NCBI GenBank assembly: GCA_041493035.1
Contig: JBGPYB010000004.1
Coordinates: forward strand, 1,465 to 65,464
DNA length: 64,000 nt
Direction of reading: 5' to 3'
Source of the DNA: Vicinamibacteria bacterium
Lineage (GTDB): Bacteria; Acidobacteriota; Vicinamibacteria; Fen-336
Shown here: positions 9,750 through 19,663 of the stretch, piece by piece
Layout of the letters: each line of letters begins with the position of its first letter
Position numbering within the stretch: the first letter of the stretch is position 1
The notes under the pieces: model-generated
Seen by the model: only the letters and a program-made list of their open reading frames with translations
Database searches by the model: none
What the model was told of the DNA's origin: nothing
Made by a program: the position numbers and the translations under genes

Positions 9750-10517
9750 CTACGCGTCCTTGCCGATGAGTCCCTGAATGCGATCGCGGTAGCCGCGGGA
9801 CAAGGTGAGGGTCATTCCTGTTCGAAGCACCACGTCGTACTCGCCGTGGAATAGGGGTTGAAGCTCCTTGATCCGGTCGATGTTCACGATCGCGGTGCGG
9901 TGGATGCGAATGAAGCGAGCCGGGTCGAGCTTGGCTTCAATCCCGTTCATCGTCTCCCGCAGGAGATGAGACTCGGCGCCGACGTGGAGGCAGACATAGT
10001 TCCCCGAGGACTCGATCCAGTCGATCTCCTCGACCCGCAGGAAGAAGAGGCGGCCGGAGGACTTGACGACGAGGCGCTCCAGAGGCCCTTGGGGCGTCTT
10101 CAGGTCCTGGAGGAGTGCCACCAGGCGTTCGTTGACGTCGCCGTTCCGGCGGAGCTGAACAGCCTGCCGCGCCCGAGCCATGGCCTTCTGGAATCGGTCC
10201 TGGTCGAAGGGCTTCAGCAGGTAGTCGACGGCGTGGACCTCGAAGGCCTGGAGAGCGTACTGATCGTAGGCCGTCACGAAGACCACGACGGGCGTCTTGT
10301 CGAGGCCCACGCGCTCGATCACGCCGAAGCCATCGATCTCCGGGATCTGGACGTCGAGAAACACCAGGTCCGGGGCCTCGCGCTCCATGGAGGCCACGGC
10401 CTCGGCCCCGTCGCCGCACTCGCCCACAATGTCCACGTCCGCCTCCTCGGTCAGGAGCGCCCGAACACGCTCACGGGCCAAGGGCTCGTCGTCGACGATC
10501 AGCGTGCGTATCCTCAT
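9750..10517 (-). CDS. LytTR-family two-component response regulator
   Basis: REC domain (LIVDDEPLARE, D at LVFLDVQIP, KP) plus C-terminal LytTR DNA-binding domain. Confidence 0.85.
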   Translation of the reverse strand: MRIRTLIVDDEPLARERVRALLTEEADVDIVGECGDGAEAVASMEREAPDLVFLDVQIPEIDGFGVIERVGLDKTPVVVFVTAYDQYALQAFEVHAVDYLLKPFDQDRFQKAMARARQAVQLRRNGDVNERLVALLQDLKTPQGPLERLVVKSSGRLFFLRVEEIDWIESSGNYVCLHVGAESHLLRETMNGIEAKLDPARFIRIHRTAIVNIDRIKELQPLFHGEYDVVLRTGMTLTLSRGYRDRIQGLIGKDA

Positions 10518-10571
10518 ACACTTGTACAGAGCGATGTACGCGGGAGGAGACGCCCAGGTTCCGCGATCCTT

Positions 10572-11708
10572 CTATGGGCAGGGGCGGAAGGGGAATGCCA
10601 GAACCACCTCAAAGCCCCCCTCGGGGCGATTCGACAGCTCGAAACGATGATCCCGACCGTAGAGTTGCTCGAGGCGCGCCTGGCAGTTGGCGAGACCGAC
10701 GCCCCCACGCGTGGAGACACTGGCTCCCGTTGGAAGGCCGGGACCGTCGTCTCGGATCCGGAGGGCGAGCATGCCGTTGTCGCGCCAGGCGCGGAGCTCG
10801 ATGCGGCCGGCCCCCGCGCGACGGGCGATGCCGTGGCGGATCGCGTTCTCGACGAGGGGCTGGAGGATGAGGTTCGGCACCAGGGCGTCGAGGGTCTCGG
10901 GTGCGATCTCCTTGTCCACCACGAGACGGTCCTGGAACCGGGTCTGCTCGATCTCCAGGTAACGATCGAGGAAGTCCAGCTCCTGCTTCAGGGCCACCTC
11001 CTGCGCCCCCAGCTTCTCGAAGGAATCCCGGAGGAGATCGCCGAGCAGCGCCAGCATCCGATCCGCTGCGCGGACGTCCTTGTGGATGAGGGCCGAGATG
11101 GTGTTCAAGGTGTTGAAGAGGAAATGGGGATGGAGCTGCATCCGAAGGATCTGGAGCTGTGCCTGGGCGAGCTGGCTTTCGAGCCGGGAGGCAGAAAGAT
11201 CGCGAGCGGTGTACTCACGGTAGTAGTGCATCCCGTGACCGATGGCCAGCACCTGGGTATAGAGCAGAAGACCTTCGACGGCGACACGGAAGCCCATGGA
11301 GGCGGACATCTCCCGGAAGAGGCTCGCGTCGTCGAAGAAGACCGCCAGAACGAGACGGCTGGTCTGGAGCTGGGGAAGCCAGAAGGCGCTCGCTGCAAGT
11401 CCGGCCAGCAGATGAAACGGCACGGCCCTGCGCCATGTCCGGCGCTCGATCGGAACGCGAGAGACAGCGAGGAGGATGAACGGCGTCAGGAAGGCCCAGA
11501 AGGCGCTGTCGACGTAATCCCCCAGGAACTTGGGCCACGGAACCGGGATCCCCTTCTCGCGGTACCAACTGTAGTTCTGCGTCTGGACCAGCACGTCGAG
11601 GGCGACCCAGATGCCGAGGCTCACAACCCATGCCCGCCCCCAGCGTCGGATGTCCCGAGCTTCAGTCAGAAAGCGTTTCGCGCTGGTCAGTCCGTTCTTC
11701 GGCGTCAC
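10572..11708 (-). CDS. LytS/YehU-type sensor histidine kinase (His_kinase PF06580)
   Basis: LHPHFLFNTLNTISALI H-box, N/G-box ATPase motifs (QPLVENAIRHGI, DDGPGLP), N-terminal TM helices. GTG start at 11708 preferred over ATG at 11855, which overlaps the divergent gene. Confidence 0.75.
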   Translation of the reverse strand: MTPKNGLTSAKRFLTEARDIRRWGRAWVVSLGIWVALDVLVQTQNYSWYREKGIPVPWPKFLGDYVDSAFWAFLTPFILLAVSRVPIERRTWRRAVPFHLLAGLAASAFWLPQLQTSRLVLAVFFDDASLFREMSASMGFRVAVEGLLLYTQVLAIGHGMHYYREYTARDLSASRLESQLAQAQLQILRMQLHPHFLFNTLNTISALIHKDVRAADRMLALLGDLLRDSFEKLGAQEVALKQELDFLDRYLEIEQTRFQDRLVVDKEIAPETLDALVPNLILQPLVENAIRHGIARRAGAGRIELRAWRDNGMLALRIRDDGPGLPTGASVSTRGGVGLANCQARLEQLYGRDHRFELSNRPEGGFEVVLAFPFRPCP

Positions 11709-11812
11709 TGCAAACGTCAAGTCTAGCAGCGGTCCGTTCGGCGCGCGGGCCACTTTGGGACGAACGGGCCTTCTCAGCCCGCCAACGGCTCCCCCGGGGG
11801 TGACGAAGGTGT

Positions 11813-12277
11813 ATGTTGTCGACCTTGGACGCAAGAGCGACGAATCCTCGGGCACGCGAGATCTGGGCGCGGACGAAGCTTCACGTCTGGCCCGAGCGGT
11901 ACGTGCTGGCCAGCCTGCCGCTCGATCGTGCCGCCGCCGCCGCTGCGCTCATCGGGTCGCGCGCCGACGGCTTTGCCGCCCTCGTCGTCGAGCGTGACGA
12001 GGTCTCTGTCACCGTCGCTGAATCGGCGTGGACGGGGAGCGCTCTGGCCCCCGGGGCTCGCGTCTCGGGTCCGTTCCGTGCGATCACCCTCGACATCGAC
12101 GTCGATCTGGACGTCTGTGGCTACCTTGCGCCGGCCGCGACGCTCCTGGGCGAAGCTGGAGTCTCCATCGTCCCGCAGTGCGCCTTCCTGAAGGACCATC
12201 TCCTGGTTCACGAGGAGAAGCTGGAGATAGCCGTCGGCGTTCTGGACGACTGGATTCGCTCCTGCCGGCGGCTATAG
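11813..12277 (+). CDS. ACT-like domain protein (DUF2241-type), hypothetical
   Basis: 154-aa ORF divergent from the kinase gene. C-terminal ITLDIDVDLDVCGYLAPAATLLGEAGVSIVPQCAFLKDHLLV resembles ACT-type small-molecule-binding proteins. Confidence 0.45.
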   Translation: MLSTLDARATNPRAREIWARTKLHVWPERYVLASLPLDRAAAAAALIGSRADGFAALVVERDEVSVTVAESAWTGSALAPGARVSGPFRAITLDIDVDLDVCGYLAPAATLLGEAGVSIVPQCAFLKDHLLVHEEKLEIAVGVLDDWIRSCRRL

Positions 12278-12994
12278 GGAGCGCCCGCCCAGCGAGCAGA
12301 GATCGGAAATCGCGAGGGGTTCCCGGGTCACGAAGCCTTCGCCGAACTCGACACCGATGCGTTGTCCCTGTCGCCGCGCGGCCAGCTCCATGTTCGCGCG
12401 GAAGAGGTCGAGGGGGACGGCGACCGCCTCGCCGGCCGTCGGGGCGAACTGGCTCGCGAAAGCCCCGATGGCCTTCATCTTGGTCTTCCACACCGACGTG
12501 ACGTCGACCACGAAGGTCGGATGAACCTCCACGGCCTCCGTGGTGCTCGGCGCGTAGATCAACTTCCGCGGCCGAAACGCCGGGCCCAGATCGGGGCGGT
12601 AGTTGCGCAGCCCCGCCAGAAAGCTCGCGTCGTACACGATCCGACTGGCCGCGGTGTGGTCGGGGTGCCGCTGCTCCCAGTGTTGCAGCAGGACGACCGC
12701 GGGACGCAGCCGCCGGATCGCGGCGACGAGGGGATCCTTGTGCTCGGGAACGACGGCGAGGAGGCCGTCGGGGAGCCCGAGGGACTCCCGATGAGCGGCG
12801 CCAAGAATGCGCGCGGCATCGGCGGCCTCGGCCGCGCGCGTCTCCGGCGTTCCGCGGGTCCCGGACTCGCCGCGCGTGAGATCGATCATCGCCACGCGCC
12901 GGCCGCGGGCGGCCTCGAGAGCCAGAGTCCCGCCCATCACCAGCTCCGCGTCGTCGGGATGCGCACAGACTGCCGCAATGTCGAAATCAGCCAC
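12272..12994 (-). CDS. bshB1: Bacillithiol biosynthesis deacetylase BshB1 (PIG-L/LmbE family)
   Basis: AHPDDAE zinc motif, LmbE fold length. Directly downstream of bshA with an 8-nt overlap. Confidence 0.75.
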   Translation of the reverse strand: MADFDIAAVCAHPDDAELVMGGTLALEAARGRRVAMIDLTRGESGTRGTPETRAAEAADAARILGAAHRESLGLPDGLLAVVPEHKDPLVAAIRRLRPAVVLLQHWEQRHPDHTAASRIVYDASFLAGLRNYRPDLGPAFRPRKLIYAPSTTEAVEVHPTFVVDVTSVWKTKMKAIGAFASQFAPTAGEAVAVPLDLFRANMELAARRQGQRIGVEFGEGFVTREPLAISDLCSLGGRSL

Positions 12995-14111
12995 GCGCCA
13001 TCACCCTCTCGTAGAAGCGCTCGTATTGCGAGACGATCCGGTCGGCGCCGAAGAGGGACTCGGCGCGGCGCCGGCCGGCGCTCCCCATCTCGCGGCGCCG
13101 TTCGTCGTTCTTCAGGATCTCCAGCGTTCGAGCGGCCATCCCCTCGACGTCGCCGACGGGCAGGAGGAAACCGGTCTCGGTGTGCTGCACGACCTCCGGG
13201 AGGCCCCCTGCGTCGGAGCCGACGACGGGCACACCGCACGCCATGGCCTCGAGTGCCGACAGACCGAAGGACTCGAGCTCCGAAGGCAACAGGAACACGT
13301 CGGCCATTCCCACGATCTCCTCGACGCTTTCCTGCGTACCGAGGAAGCGGACCCGGTCCTGGATCCCCAGACGGCGCGCGAGGGCCTGTGCGGAAGACCG
13401 CTCGGGTCCTTCACCGACCATCAGCAAGACCGCCGGCGCCTCGCGGGTGACGCGGTCGAGGATCCGCACGACGTCGAAGACGCGCTTCACCGGCCGGAAG
13501 TTGGAGATATGGACGAGGATCTTCTCCTCCGGCTTCGCGAAGGCGGCGCGGTCCTTGTAGGCGCGGTTCGGCGAATAGTCGGAAAGGTCGATGAAGTTGT
13601 GGATCGTCTCGATATCGTTCTTGATCTGGAATTCCTGGAGCGTCATCTTCCGAAGGAACTCCGACACGGCCGTGACGCCGTCGGAGCGTTCGATGCCGAA
13701 GCGCGTGATCTCGAAGAAAGACCGATCCTGGCCCACGAGGGTGACGTCTGTGCCGTGAAGCGTCGTGACGAGCTTCGGCGCTTCGGTCCCGAGCATCTGC
13801 TGTGCGAGAAATCCGGCGATGGCGTGGGGGATCGCGTAGTGAACGTGGAGCAGATCGAGATCATGCTCCCGCGAGACCTCGGCCATCTTCGCCGCGAGAG
13901 CCAGGTCGTGGGGGGGATATTCGAAGAGGACGTAGGACGACACGTCCACCTCGTGGAACGAGATGTTCTGATGAAAGTCTCCGAGCCGGAACGGGAGGCG
14001 GTAGGAGATGAAGTGGATCGTGTGGCCCCGTCGCGCAAGCTGCTTTCCCAGCTCGACGGCGACCGCGCCGGATCCTCCCACGGTCGGATAGCAGGTGATG
14101 CCGATGTTCAC
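12987..14111 (-). CDS. bshA: N-acetyl-alpha-D-glucosaminyl L-malate synthase BshA (GT4 glycosyltransferase)
   Basis: Near full-length collinearity with BshA (NIGITCYPTVGGSG, HVHYAIPHA, VTTLHGTD, FLLPSELESFGLSALEAMACGVPVVGSDAGGLPEVV). GTG at 14111 overlaps the bshC stop (GTGA). Confidence 0.8.
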   Translation of the reverse strand: MNIGITCYPTVGGSGAVAVELGKQLARRGHTIHFISYRLPFRLGDFHQNISFHEVDVSSYVLFEYPPHDLALAAKMAEVSREHDLDLLHVHYAIPHAIAGFLAQQMLGTEAPKLVTTLHGTDVTLVGQDRSFFEITRFGIERSDGVTAVSEFLRKMTLQEFQIKNDIETIHNFIDLSDYSPNRAYKDRAAFAKPEEKILVHISNFRPVKRVFDVVRILDRVTREAPAVLLMVGEGPERSSAQALARRLGIQDRVRFLGTQESVEEIVGMADVFLLPSELESFGLSALEAMACGVPVVGSDAGGLPEVVQHTETGFLLPVGDVEGMAARTLEILKNDERRREMGSAGRRRAESLFGADRIVSQYERFYERVMARG

Positions 14112-15787
14112 AGGTAGATCACCTGATGTCCCGTGGCCCACGGGTCGAGGCGTTCGCCAATCGTGTCCACGACCGAGGCGCCGTGGCGGCAGAGCAGGCC
14201 GATGAAGCCGAGGCCCCGTTCCTGGAAGGCTCCGCCGGGGAAAAGCGCATCCCGGGTGCGACGAATGCGATCGGCACGCACCTGGTCCCTCTTCTTGAGG
14301 GCCCGCGTCGCTTTCTCGCGGAGCGTTTCGACCTGGTGCAGCGCCCGCCCCCGCGCCGCGTCAGCGGCCGCGCGGAGCGTCGGATCCAGGGCTGCGAGCC
14401 GGTTCTCCACGTCGGTCAGGTCTCGTTCGATCGACTCGCGGGCACGGGCGAAGGCTCCCTCCACTTCCGGGTAGGCCTCCCGTGCCCATTGCGCCACGAG
14501 AGCCTCGGGATCCCCCTGCAAGTCGGACAGCGCGAGGGCCTCCGCCTCGAGGACGCGGGCGTGCCCCGGCTCCACGAGGGTCGCCCCGGGACGCGGAAGA
14601 AGAGGCGAGCGGGGGATACCGAAATGAGCGTACGACGGGCCGATCTGCGCGTGGTAGGCGATCTCCGCCGGGCCCCCGACGTAACCGGCCGTGGGAAGCA
14701 AGTGGTCCTGGGCCAGAGGGCGAAGAAGCACCCCCGGACTCCACGCGGCTGGCTCCCGTTCGAGGAGGACCGCCGCATCCTCGATCGGGATGCGCCGCCC
14801 GACGCCGCGCACCTCGACGTCCCCGTTCTGAAGGCCGAGAGACCGACGCTCGCCGTCCATCACCACGAAAAGGTTGAGGAAGCCGGGGCGCACGGGGACC
14901 TGCTGGTGATAGCCGGCCGCGACCAGCCGCGCCCCCACGTCGGCGGCGAGACGAGACGTGGGTGATTGCTCTCGGATCTCGCGGGCGAGGACCGGAGCCA
15001 TCAGCGCTTTCAATTCCGGATCTGACGGGTCGAGGAAGACCAGGCCTGGAAAGACCGACGAGAGGAACGCGGCGAAGGCCCCTGAGAGCGTGGCGCCGGG
15101 GGCGTAACACTCGCTGAGGCGCCCAAGCATCGCGTCACGGAACGGGCTGTCGGGCAGACAGCGGCGCAGTTCGTCCACCAGACCTGTGACCGTGTCGTCG
15201 AGGACGATGCGCGACGCAGGCTGTCCCGCGGGCTCCCGGTGGGGCTCGTAGCGGATCGTGCGGAGCCGCCCGCTGTCATCGAGAGCGTTGACCGAACGCA
15301 CCTCGGCGAAGTCGTGGTCGTCGGAGGCGACCCAGAAGACGGGCACCACCGGCGCGCCGCGCTTGGCCTGGAGCGCGGCGGCCACCTTGATGGCGGCAAG
15401 GGCCTTGTAGAGCACGAAGAGCGGCCCTCCGAAGAGGCCCGCCTGCTGGCCTGTAACGACGACGACGGCGCCTGGCTCGCGGAGCGTGCGTGCGGCGGCG
15501 GCCGCTTGTCTAGCACCCCGTTGCTCCTGCTGCGGCGTGAGCGCAGCGACGAGCGCCTCGCGCTGACGGGGATGGTCAGCCGCTCGGCCGGCGCTCAGGG
15601 CGAGAGCGTCGAGATTCCACCGAGCGCCGTCGTAGAAGGGCCGAGCAGAAGGGCTCCCGGTCAGATAGTCACGGAAGAGCGCGTTCGGAGGGTGATGAAA
15701 CGCCCCGTAGTCCAGGACCGGGGAGGGGCGGTCCGCCATGAGGCCGTCATTATAGGGCATCGGTCCAGGGTACGACGGCGTCCCCAT
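14108..15787 (-). CDS. bshC: Bacillithiol biosynthesis cysteine-adding enzyme BshC
   Basis: About 540-560 aa with N-terminal VVTGQQAGLFGGPLFVLYKAL (BshC QQxGL..GP signature). Position upstream of bshA-bshB1. Start may be 15787 or 15739. Confidence 0.7.
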   Translation of the reverse strand: MGTPSYPGPMPYNDGLMADRPSPVLDYGAFHHPPNALFRDYLTGSPSARPFYDGARWNLDALALSAGRAADHPRQREALVAALTPQQEQRGARQAAAAARTLREPGAVVVVTGQQAGLFGGPLFVLYKALAAIKVAAALQAKRGAPVVPVFWVASDDHDFAEVRSVNALDDSGRLRTIRYEPHREPAGQPASRIVLDDTVTGLVDELRRCLPDSPFRDAMLGRLSECYAPGATLSGAFAAFLSSVFPGLVFLDPSDPELKALMAPVLAREIREQSPTSRLAADVGARLVAAGYHQQVPVRPGFLNLFVVMDGERRSLGLQNGDVEVRGVGRRIPIEDAAVLLEREPAAWSPGVLLRPLAQDHLLPTAGYVGGPAEIAYHAQIGPSYAHFGIPRSPLLPRPGATLVEPGHARVLEAEALALSDLQGDPEALVAQWAREAYPEVEGAFARARESIERDLTDVENRLAALDPTLRAAADAARGRALHQVETLREKATRALKKRDQVRADRIRRTRDALFPGGAFQERGLGFIGLLCRHGASVVDTIGERLDPWATGHQVIYL

Positions 15788-15846
15788 ACTTGTTCCGGAG
15801 AATCACCGCAAGCCCTTCCAACTCCGCAACTTGAACGGCTCCTGCG

Positions 15847-15875
15847 TTGACACCTTTTTACCTTGATGCTAGAGT
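15847..15875 (+). promoter_or_regulatory. Sigma70-like promoter candidate for the Ser/Thr kinase gene
   Basis: TTGACA (15847-15852), 17-nt spacer, TAGAGT (15870-15875), in the divergent bshC/kinase intergenic region. Confidence 0.35.
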
Positions 15876-15890
15876 CAGCATTCGCTGATC

Positions 15891-18317
15891 ATGAGCGAAA
15901 AAAGCGGCTCCGCCGAGCAGATGCCGGCCACTATTGGCCGCTACCAGGTCCAGGACAGCATTGGATATGGCGCCATGGGCGCTGTTTACAAGGCCTTCGA
16001 TCCGCTCATCAAGCGCACCCTCGCCATCAAGACCATCCGCCTCGACATCCCGCGCCAGAGCCCCCAGTACAAGTCCTTCATCGAGCGCTTCTACCACGAG
16101 GCTCGAATCTCGGGGACACTCTCCCATCCGAACATCGTCACCCTCTTCGACATCGGCGAGGAGGGGGGGATTCCCTACCTGGCGATGGAGTTTGTCGAGG
16201 GAGAGACCATCGCTTCTCTCGTGGAGAAGGGAATCCGCTTCCCTCCCGAGAAGGTCATCAGCCTCGTCAGCCAGATTGCCTCGGCCGTCGACTACGCCCA
16301 CACCAAGGGTGTGATCCACCGGGACATAAAGCCGTCGAACCTCATCCTCTTCGACGAGGATCGCGTCAAGGTTACCGACTTCGGGATTGCGAAGCTGGTG
16401 GACTCCGAGATGACGCAGGCGGGGACGCTCCTTGGGACGCCGTCGTACATGTCTCCCGAACAGGCCATGGGGGAGAAGCTCGACGGGCGGAGCGACATTT
16501 TCTCCCTGGGAGTCTGCGCCTTCGAGATGCTGGCGGGGGAGCAGCCTTTCCCCGGCGCCAACGTCACCTCGATCCTGTACAAGCTCGTTCACGTCCCGCC
16601 GGTCGAGCCTCCGAACCTCGAAATGAACGGCCTCGTTCCCCAGAAGTGGCACGAGGTGTTCGGCAAGGTTCTCGCCAAGAAGCCCGACGATCGATACCAG
16701 ACGGCCGGCGCCTTCGTGCAGGACCTTGAGTACTGCCTCGGCTCGTGGTTCGGCTCGGCCGTGGGCGACGAGACGATCCTCGAGAGTGCGCCGGCCAGTC
16801 CGGCCGCTCCCGTCGAGGAGCCGAAAGAGGCGCCGTCCGCGCCAGCCGTGATCAAGACCAGCCAGACCGCAAAGTTGGTCCCGCCGGGCGAGGAGGTGAC
16901 CGCGGCGATTCCCGCGGCACAACGCCCCTCTTCGCCGCCGGTCGCCCCGGGTCCGCCGCCACCTTCGCCGGCGCGTCCCGCGAAGGCGGCTCCGGCGCAA
17001 CCACCCGCCGCCGAACTCCCCGCCACGGTCTACATGAAGGCTGTCTCCGCCGAAGAGGGTGCTTTTCCGACGCAGCGAGTCAAGGCGCCGGAAGTGACGA
17101 TCGCAACGCGTCCTCCGGCACCCCCGGCAGCTCCGCTCGCAGCGAAGGTGGCGCCGCCGCGAGACACTGCCTCGACCCTGAAGTCGGCGGTGTCGGACGT
17201 CACCGTAGCCAATCGGGCCTCACCGCCGGTGCCGCCGCCACCTCCCGTCGTCGCGAAAACGTCGCCCCCCGCGCCGCCAAAGCGCGCGCCGCCACCTCCC
17301 GCTGCGCCGGTGCGAGTGCCCGCGACGTCCTACCCGCGCGAGCCTGGTCCGCCACGAAAGGGCGTGCCGGTCGCCCTCGTCGTGGGTGGCGCAGCGCTGC
17401 TCTTGTTGCTCATCTTCGGAGTCGGTGTCTTGCTGTTCCTGAGAAGCCGCCAGGCGGAGCCATCGCCCTCGCCTGTGGCAGAAGCCTCTCCTACGCCGGG
17501 CCCCAGTGCGACGCCGCCGCGGGTCGCGACCGGCACCCTCGTCATCGATACTCAGCCCACCGCAGCCTCGATCAGCGTCAACGGAGAGGCGAAAGGTCTT
17601 TCTCCCATCGAGTTGCCGGGCCTGCCCGTTGGGAACTACGACGTTCGCGCCGAGATGAAGGGCTTCGAACCCCGCAACCAGACGGCGACTGTGACGACCG
17701 ACGCCCCGCGTGCGGAGGTTCACTTCGTCCTCTCTCGCGTCGCTCCGGTCATGGGCTCGGCCGAGATCGTCTCGACCCCATCGGGTGCCGCTGTATCTGT
17801 GGACGGCACCCGGAGCGGGCAGACGCCGGTTGCCGACCTAAAGCTGCGGGCAGGAAACCATCGTGTCGAGTTGGCCAAGGACGGCTACGAGCCTTGGGAA
17901 GGGAACGTCTCGGTCGAGGCTGGAAAGAAGTCGAACGTCGACGCCGCTCTCAAGGCGACGGCGAAGGCGACACCGACGCCGACGCCCAAGCCGGAGGTGG
18001 ACCCGAACCACGCGTACGAGAACACGGCGGCCGACGTGGATGTGCTGGCCAAGAAGAAGGTCCCCAGTGTCTCGCCGGAGTACCCGAAGAGGAACGCCCC
18101 GAACCTCAAGTCGGGGCAGTCGGCCTCCGTGGCCGGCTCCTTCATCGTGACCGAGAAGGGCGAGGTTGAGGACATCAAGGTCCTGGAGTCCGCCGGGCGC
18201 GTCATCGACGATGCCGTCCTGGCCGCCGTGCGCCAATGGAAGTACGAACCCGCCCAGAAGCAGGGGCAGAAGGTCAAGGTCCGCATCAATTTCAAGCATA
18301 CCTTCCTGCAGGGTTAA
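15891..18317 (+). CDS. Hanks-type Ser/Thr protein kinase fused to Pro-rich linker, TM helix, two PEGA domains and a TonB C-terminal domain
   Basis: Kinase motifs IGYGAMGAVYKA, VAIK lysine region, HRDIKPSNLIL, DFGIAKL, SPEQ. TM LVVGGAALLLLLIFGVGVLLFL. PEGA repeats (GTLVIDTQP..., AEIVSTPSGAAVSVDG...). TonB_C-like tail (EYPKRNAPNLKSGQSASVAGSFIVTEKGEVEDIKVLESAGRVIDDAVLAAVRQWKYEP). Confidence 0.85.
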   Translation: MSEKSGSAEQMPATIGRYQVQDSIGYGAMGAVYKAFDPLIKRTLAIKTIRLDIPRQSPQYKSFIERFYHEARISGTLSHPNIVTLFDIGEEGGIPYLAMEFVEGETIASLVEKGIRFPPEKVISLVSQIASAVDYAHTKGVIHRDIKPSNLILFDEDRVKVTDFGIAKLVDSEMTQAGTLLGTPSYMSPEQAMGEKLDGRSDIFSLGVCAFEMLAGEQPFPGANVTSILYKLVHVPPVEPPNLEMNGLVPQKWHEVFGKVLAKKPDDRYQTAGAFVQDLEYCLGSWFGSAVGDETILESAPASPAAPVEEPKEAPSAPAVIKTSQTAKLVPPGEEVTAAIPAAQRPSSPPVAPGPPPPSPARPAKAAPAQPPAAELPATVYMKAVSAEEGAFPTQRVKAPEVTIATRPPAPPAAPLAAKVAPPRDTASTLKSAVSDVTVANRASPPVPPPPPVVAKTSPPAPPKRAPPPPAAPVRVPATSYPREPGPPRKGVPVALVVGGAALLLLLIFGVGVLLFLRSRQAEPSPSPVAEASPTPGPSATPPRVATGTLVIDTQPTAASISVNGEAKGLSPIELPGLPVGNYDVRAEMKGFEPRNQTATVTTDAPRAEVHFVLSRVAPVMGSAEIVSTPSGAAVSVDGTRSGQTPVADLKLRAGNHRVELAKDGYEPWEGNVSVEAGKKSNVDAALKATAKATPTPTPKPEVDPNHAYENTAADVDVLAKKKVPSVSPEYPKRNAPNLKSGQSASVAGSFIVTEKGEVEDIKVLESAGRVIDDAVLAAVRQWKYEPAQKQGQKVKVRINFKHTFLQG

Positions 18318-19637
18318 GTGTCGGCGCACTCCATGGCGAAGATCATCGTCAACCCGACCTCGTCCTCGCGGCGGGAGATCGCCCTTCCTCGTACGCTTCT
18401 CTCCATCGGCCGAGACCCGGGAAACGATCTGGTCCTGCCCGACGCGATGGTCTCGCGGCGACACGCCGTGATCGAGTTGCGTGGGAGCCAGTACTTCATT
18501 CGCGACTGCAACTCCTCCAACGGGTCGCTCGTCAATGGGGACCGCGTGAACGAACGGAGCCTCCGCGACGGCGACCTCGTCGCCATCGGCACGGCCCGAC
18601 TCCTCTTCCGCGACGACCTCGACGTTGAGGCCGGCGGCAAGGTGGTGCAGCATCCCTCGGCGCCGCGCCTCAACTGCCCCGCCTGCGGCGCGGATCATCG
18701 CAAGGGCGACCAGTTCTGCCGCCAGTGCGGCGGGGCATTGGCCCCCAGCCTTCCGCCGAAGGCCGTCTGCGTCTCCTGCGGAACCGCGGTTCTTCTCCCG
18801 GCGCGCTTCTGCACGGCCTGCGGCGGAGCCATCGCCGCTGCGCCCGGAGAGGCGGGCCCTGCTCCCGATGCGGAGGCTTCCGACCCTGCGCCACCGCCGG
18901 CCGCTCCCCCGGCTCACGCACCGGAGGCGGTCGTGGCGCCGAAGCGGTTCGTGTCGGCCGAGCCGCCAACGGCGCTGCCGTCGATTCCCGATCGGCCGCC
19001 GGTCGCCGTTGTGGAGCCGCGACCCGACGAGATCAAGGTCAAGCGCCCGCCGACACCTGCGGAGTCTTCAGTCCCGCCGCGGCCCGCGGCTCAGCCCTCT
19101 CGCGACGCCGCCGCCCGCGCGCCGATCGCCGGGCCGCAAAAGGCCAAGAAGTTCCCCGACACCTTTCGCGAGCGACAACCCACGCCATCGTCCTCCGAGC
19201 CCGCGGGGGCCGGCCGCCGCCTTCTCGCGGCGCTCGTCGACCACGCGATCATCGGGGTGATTCAGGGGGCCGTTCTCGCCCCCGTCCTCTGGTACTGGTG
19301 GTCGCGGCCCATTCCGTCGCAGGCGTCTCAGGTTCCCTTTGCCCCGGTGGCGGTCTCCCTCGCCCTCGTTCCCGTGGCCATCGTCCTGGGCTGCCTCTAC
19401 TTCATCTATGGCTGGGGCGTGCGGGGCGCCACCCCCGGGAAGCGGCTCCTTGGGATCGTCGTCGAGGGGCAGGACGGGGCGTTTCCGATCGGCGCCTCCC
19501 GGGCGGCCGCGCGGTTCCTGGGCTATCTGCTCTCGGGCGCATTCCTCGGCATCGGCTACGCGATGATCCTGTTCGGTGGCCGGGGACTCCACGACAGGAT
19601 CGCTGGTACCCGAGTGATGCCGCGAGAGAGGACCTGA
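18318..19637 (+). CDS. FHA domain / double zinc ribbon / RDD-family membrane protein
   Basis: N-terminal FHA (LSIGRDPGNDLVLPDAMVSRRHAVIE...NGSLVNG). Two CxxC-x-CxxC ribbons. C-terminal RDD domain (RRLLAALVDHAIIG ... RGLHDRIAGTRV) with TM helices. Start GTG 18318 or ATG 18333, abutting the kinase stop. Confidence 0.8.
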   Translation: MSAHSMAKIIVNPTSSSRREIALPRTLLSIGRDPGNDLVLPDAMVSRRHAVIELRGSQYFIRDCNSSNGSLVNGDRVNERSLRDGDLVAIGTARLLFRDDLDVEAGGKVVQHPSAPRLNCPACGADHRKGDQFCRQCGGALAPSLPPKAVCVSCGTAVLLPARFCTACGGAIAAAPGEAGPAPDAEASDPAPPPAAPPAHAPEAVVAPKRFVSAEPPTALPSIPDRPPVAVVEPRPDEIKVKRPPTPAESSVPPRPAAQPSRDAAARAPIAGPQKAKKFPDTFRERQPTPSSSEPAGAGRRLLAALVDHAIIGVIQGAVLAPVLWYWWSRPIPSQASQVPFAPVAVSLALVPVAIVLGCLYFIYGWGVRGATPGKRLLGIVVEGQDGAFPIGASRAAARFLGYLLSGAFLGIGYAMILFGGRGLHDRIAGTRVMPRERT

Positions 19638-19663
19638 CCCTGGAACCCACGGGCATCGAACCT

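Noticed and set aside
9858-11726. 622-aa plus-strand ORF antisense to the LytTR/LytS two-component genes (likewise 21353-23725 antisense to carB, 12807-14117 antisense to bshA/bshB1, 58640-60892 spanning several genes)
   Set aside because: Typical stop-codon-poor antisense frames of a high-GC genome. Arg/Gly/Pro/Ala-rich low-complexity translations with no recognisable domains, fully overlapping well-supported genes.
18725-19663. Upstream 300+ codons of the long ORF that contains lepB
   Set aside because: Alternative frame of the FHA-RDD gene, low-complexity. Signal peptidase homology begins only after the FHA gene stop.
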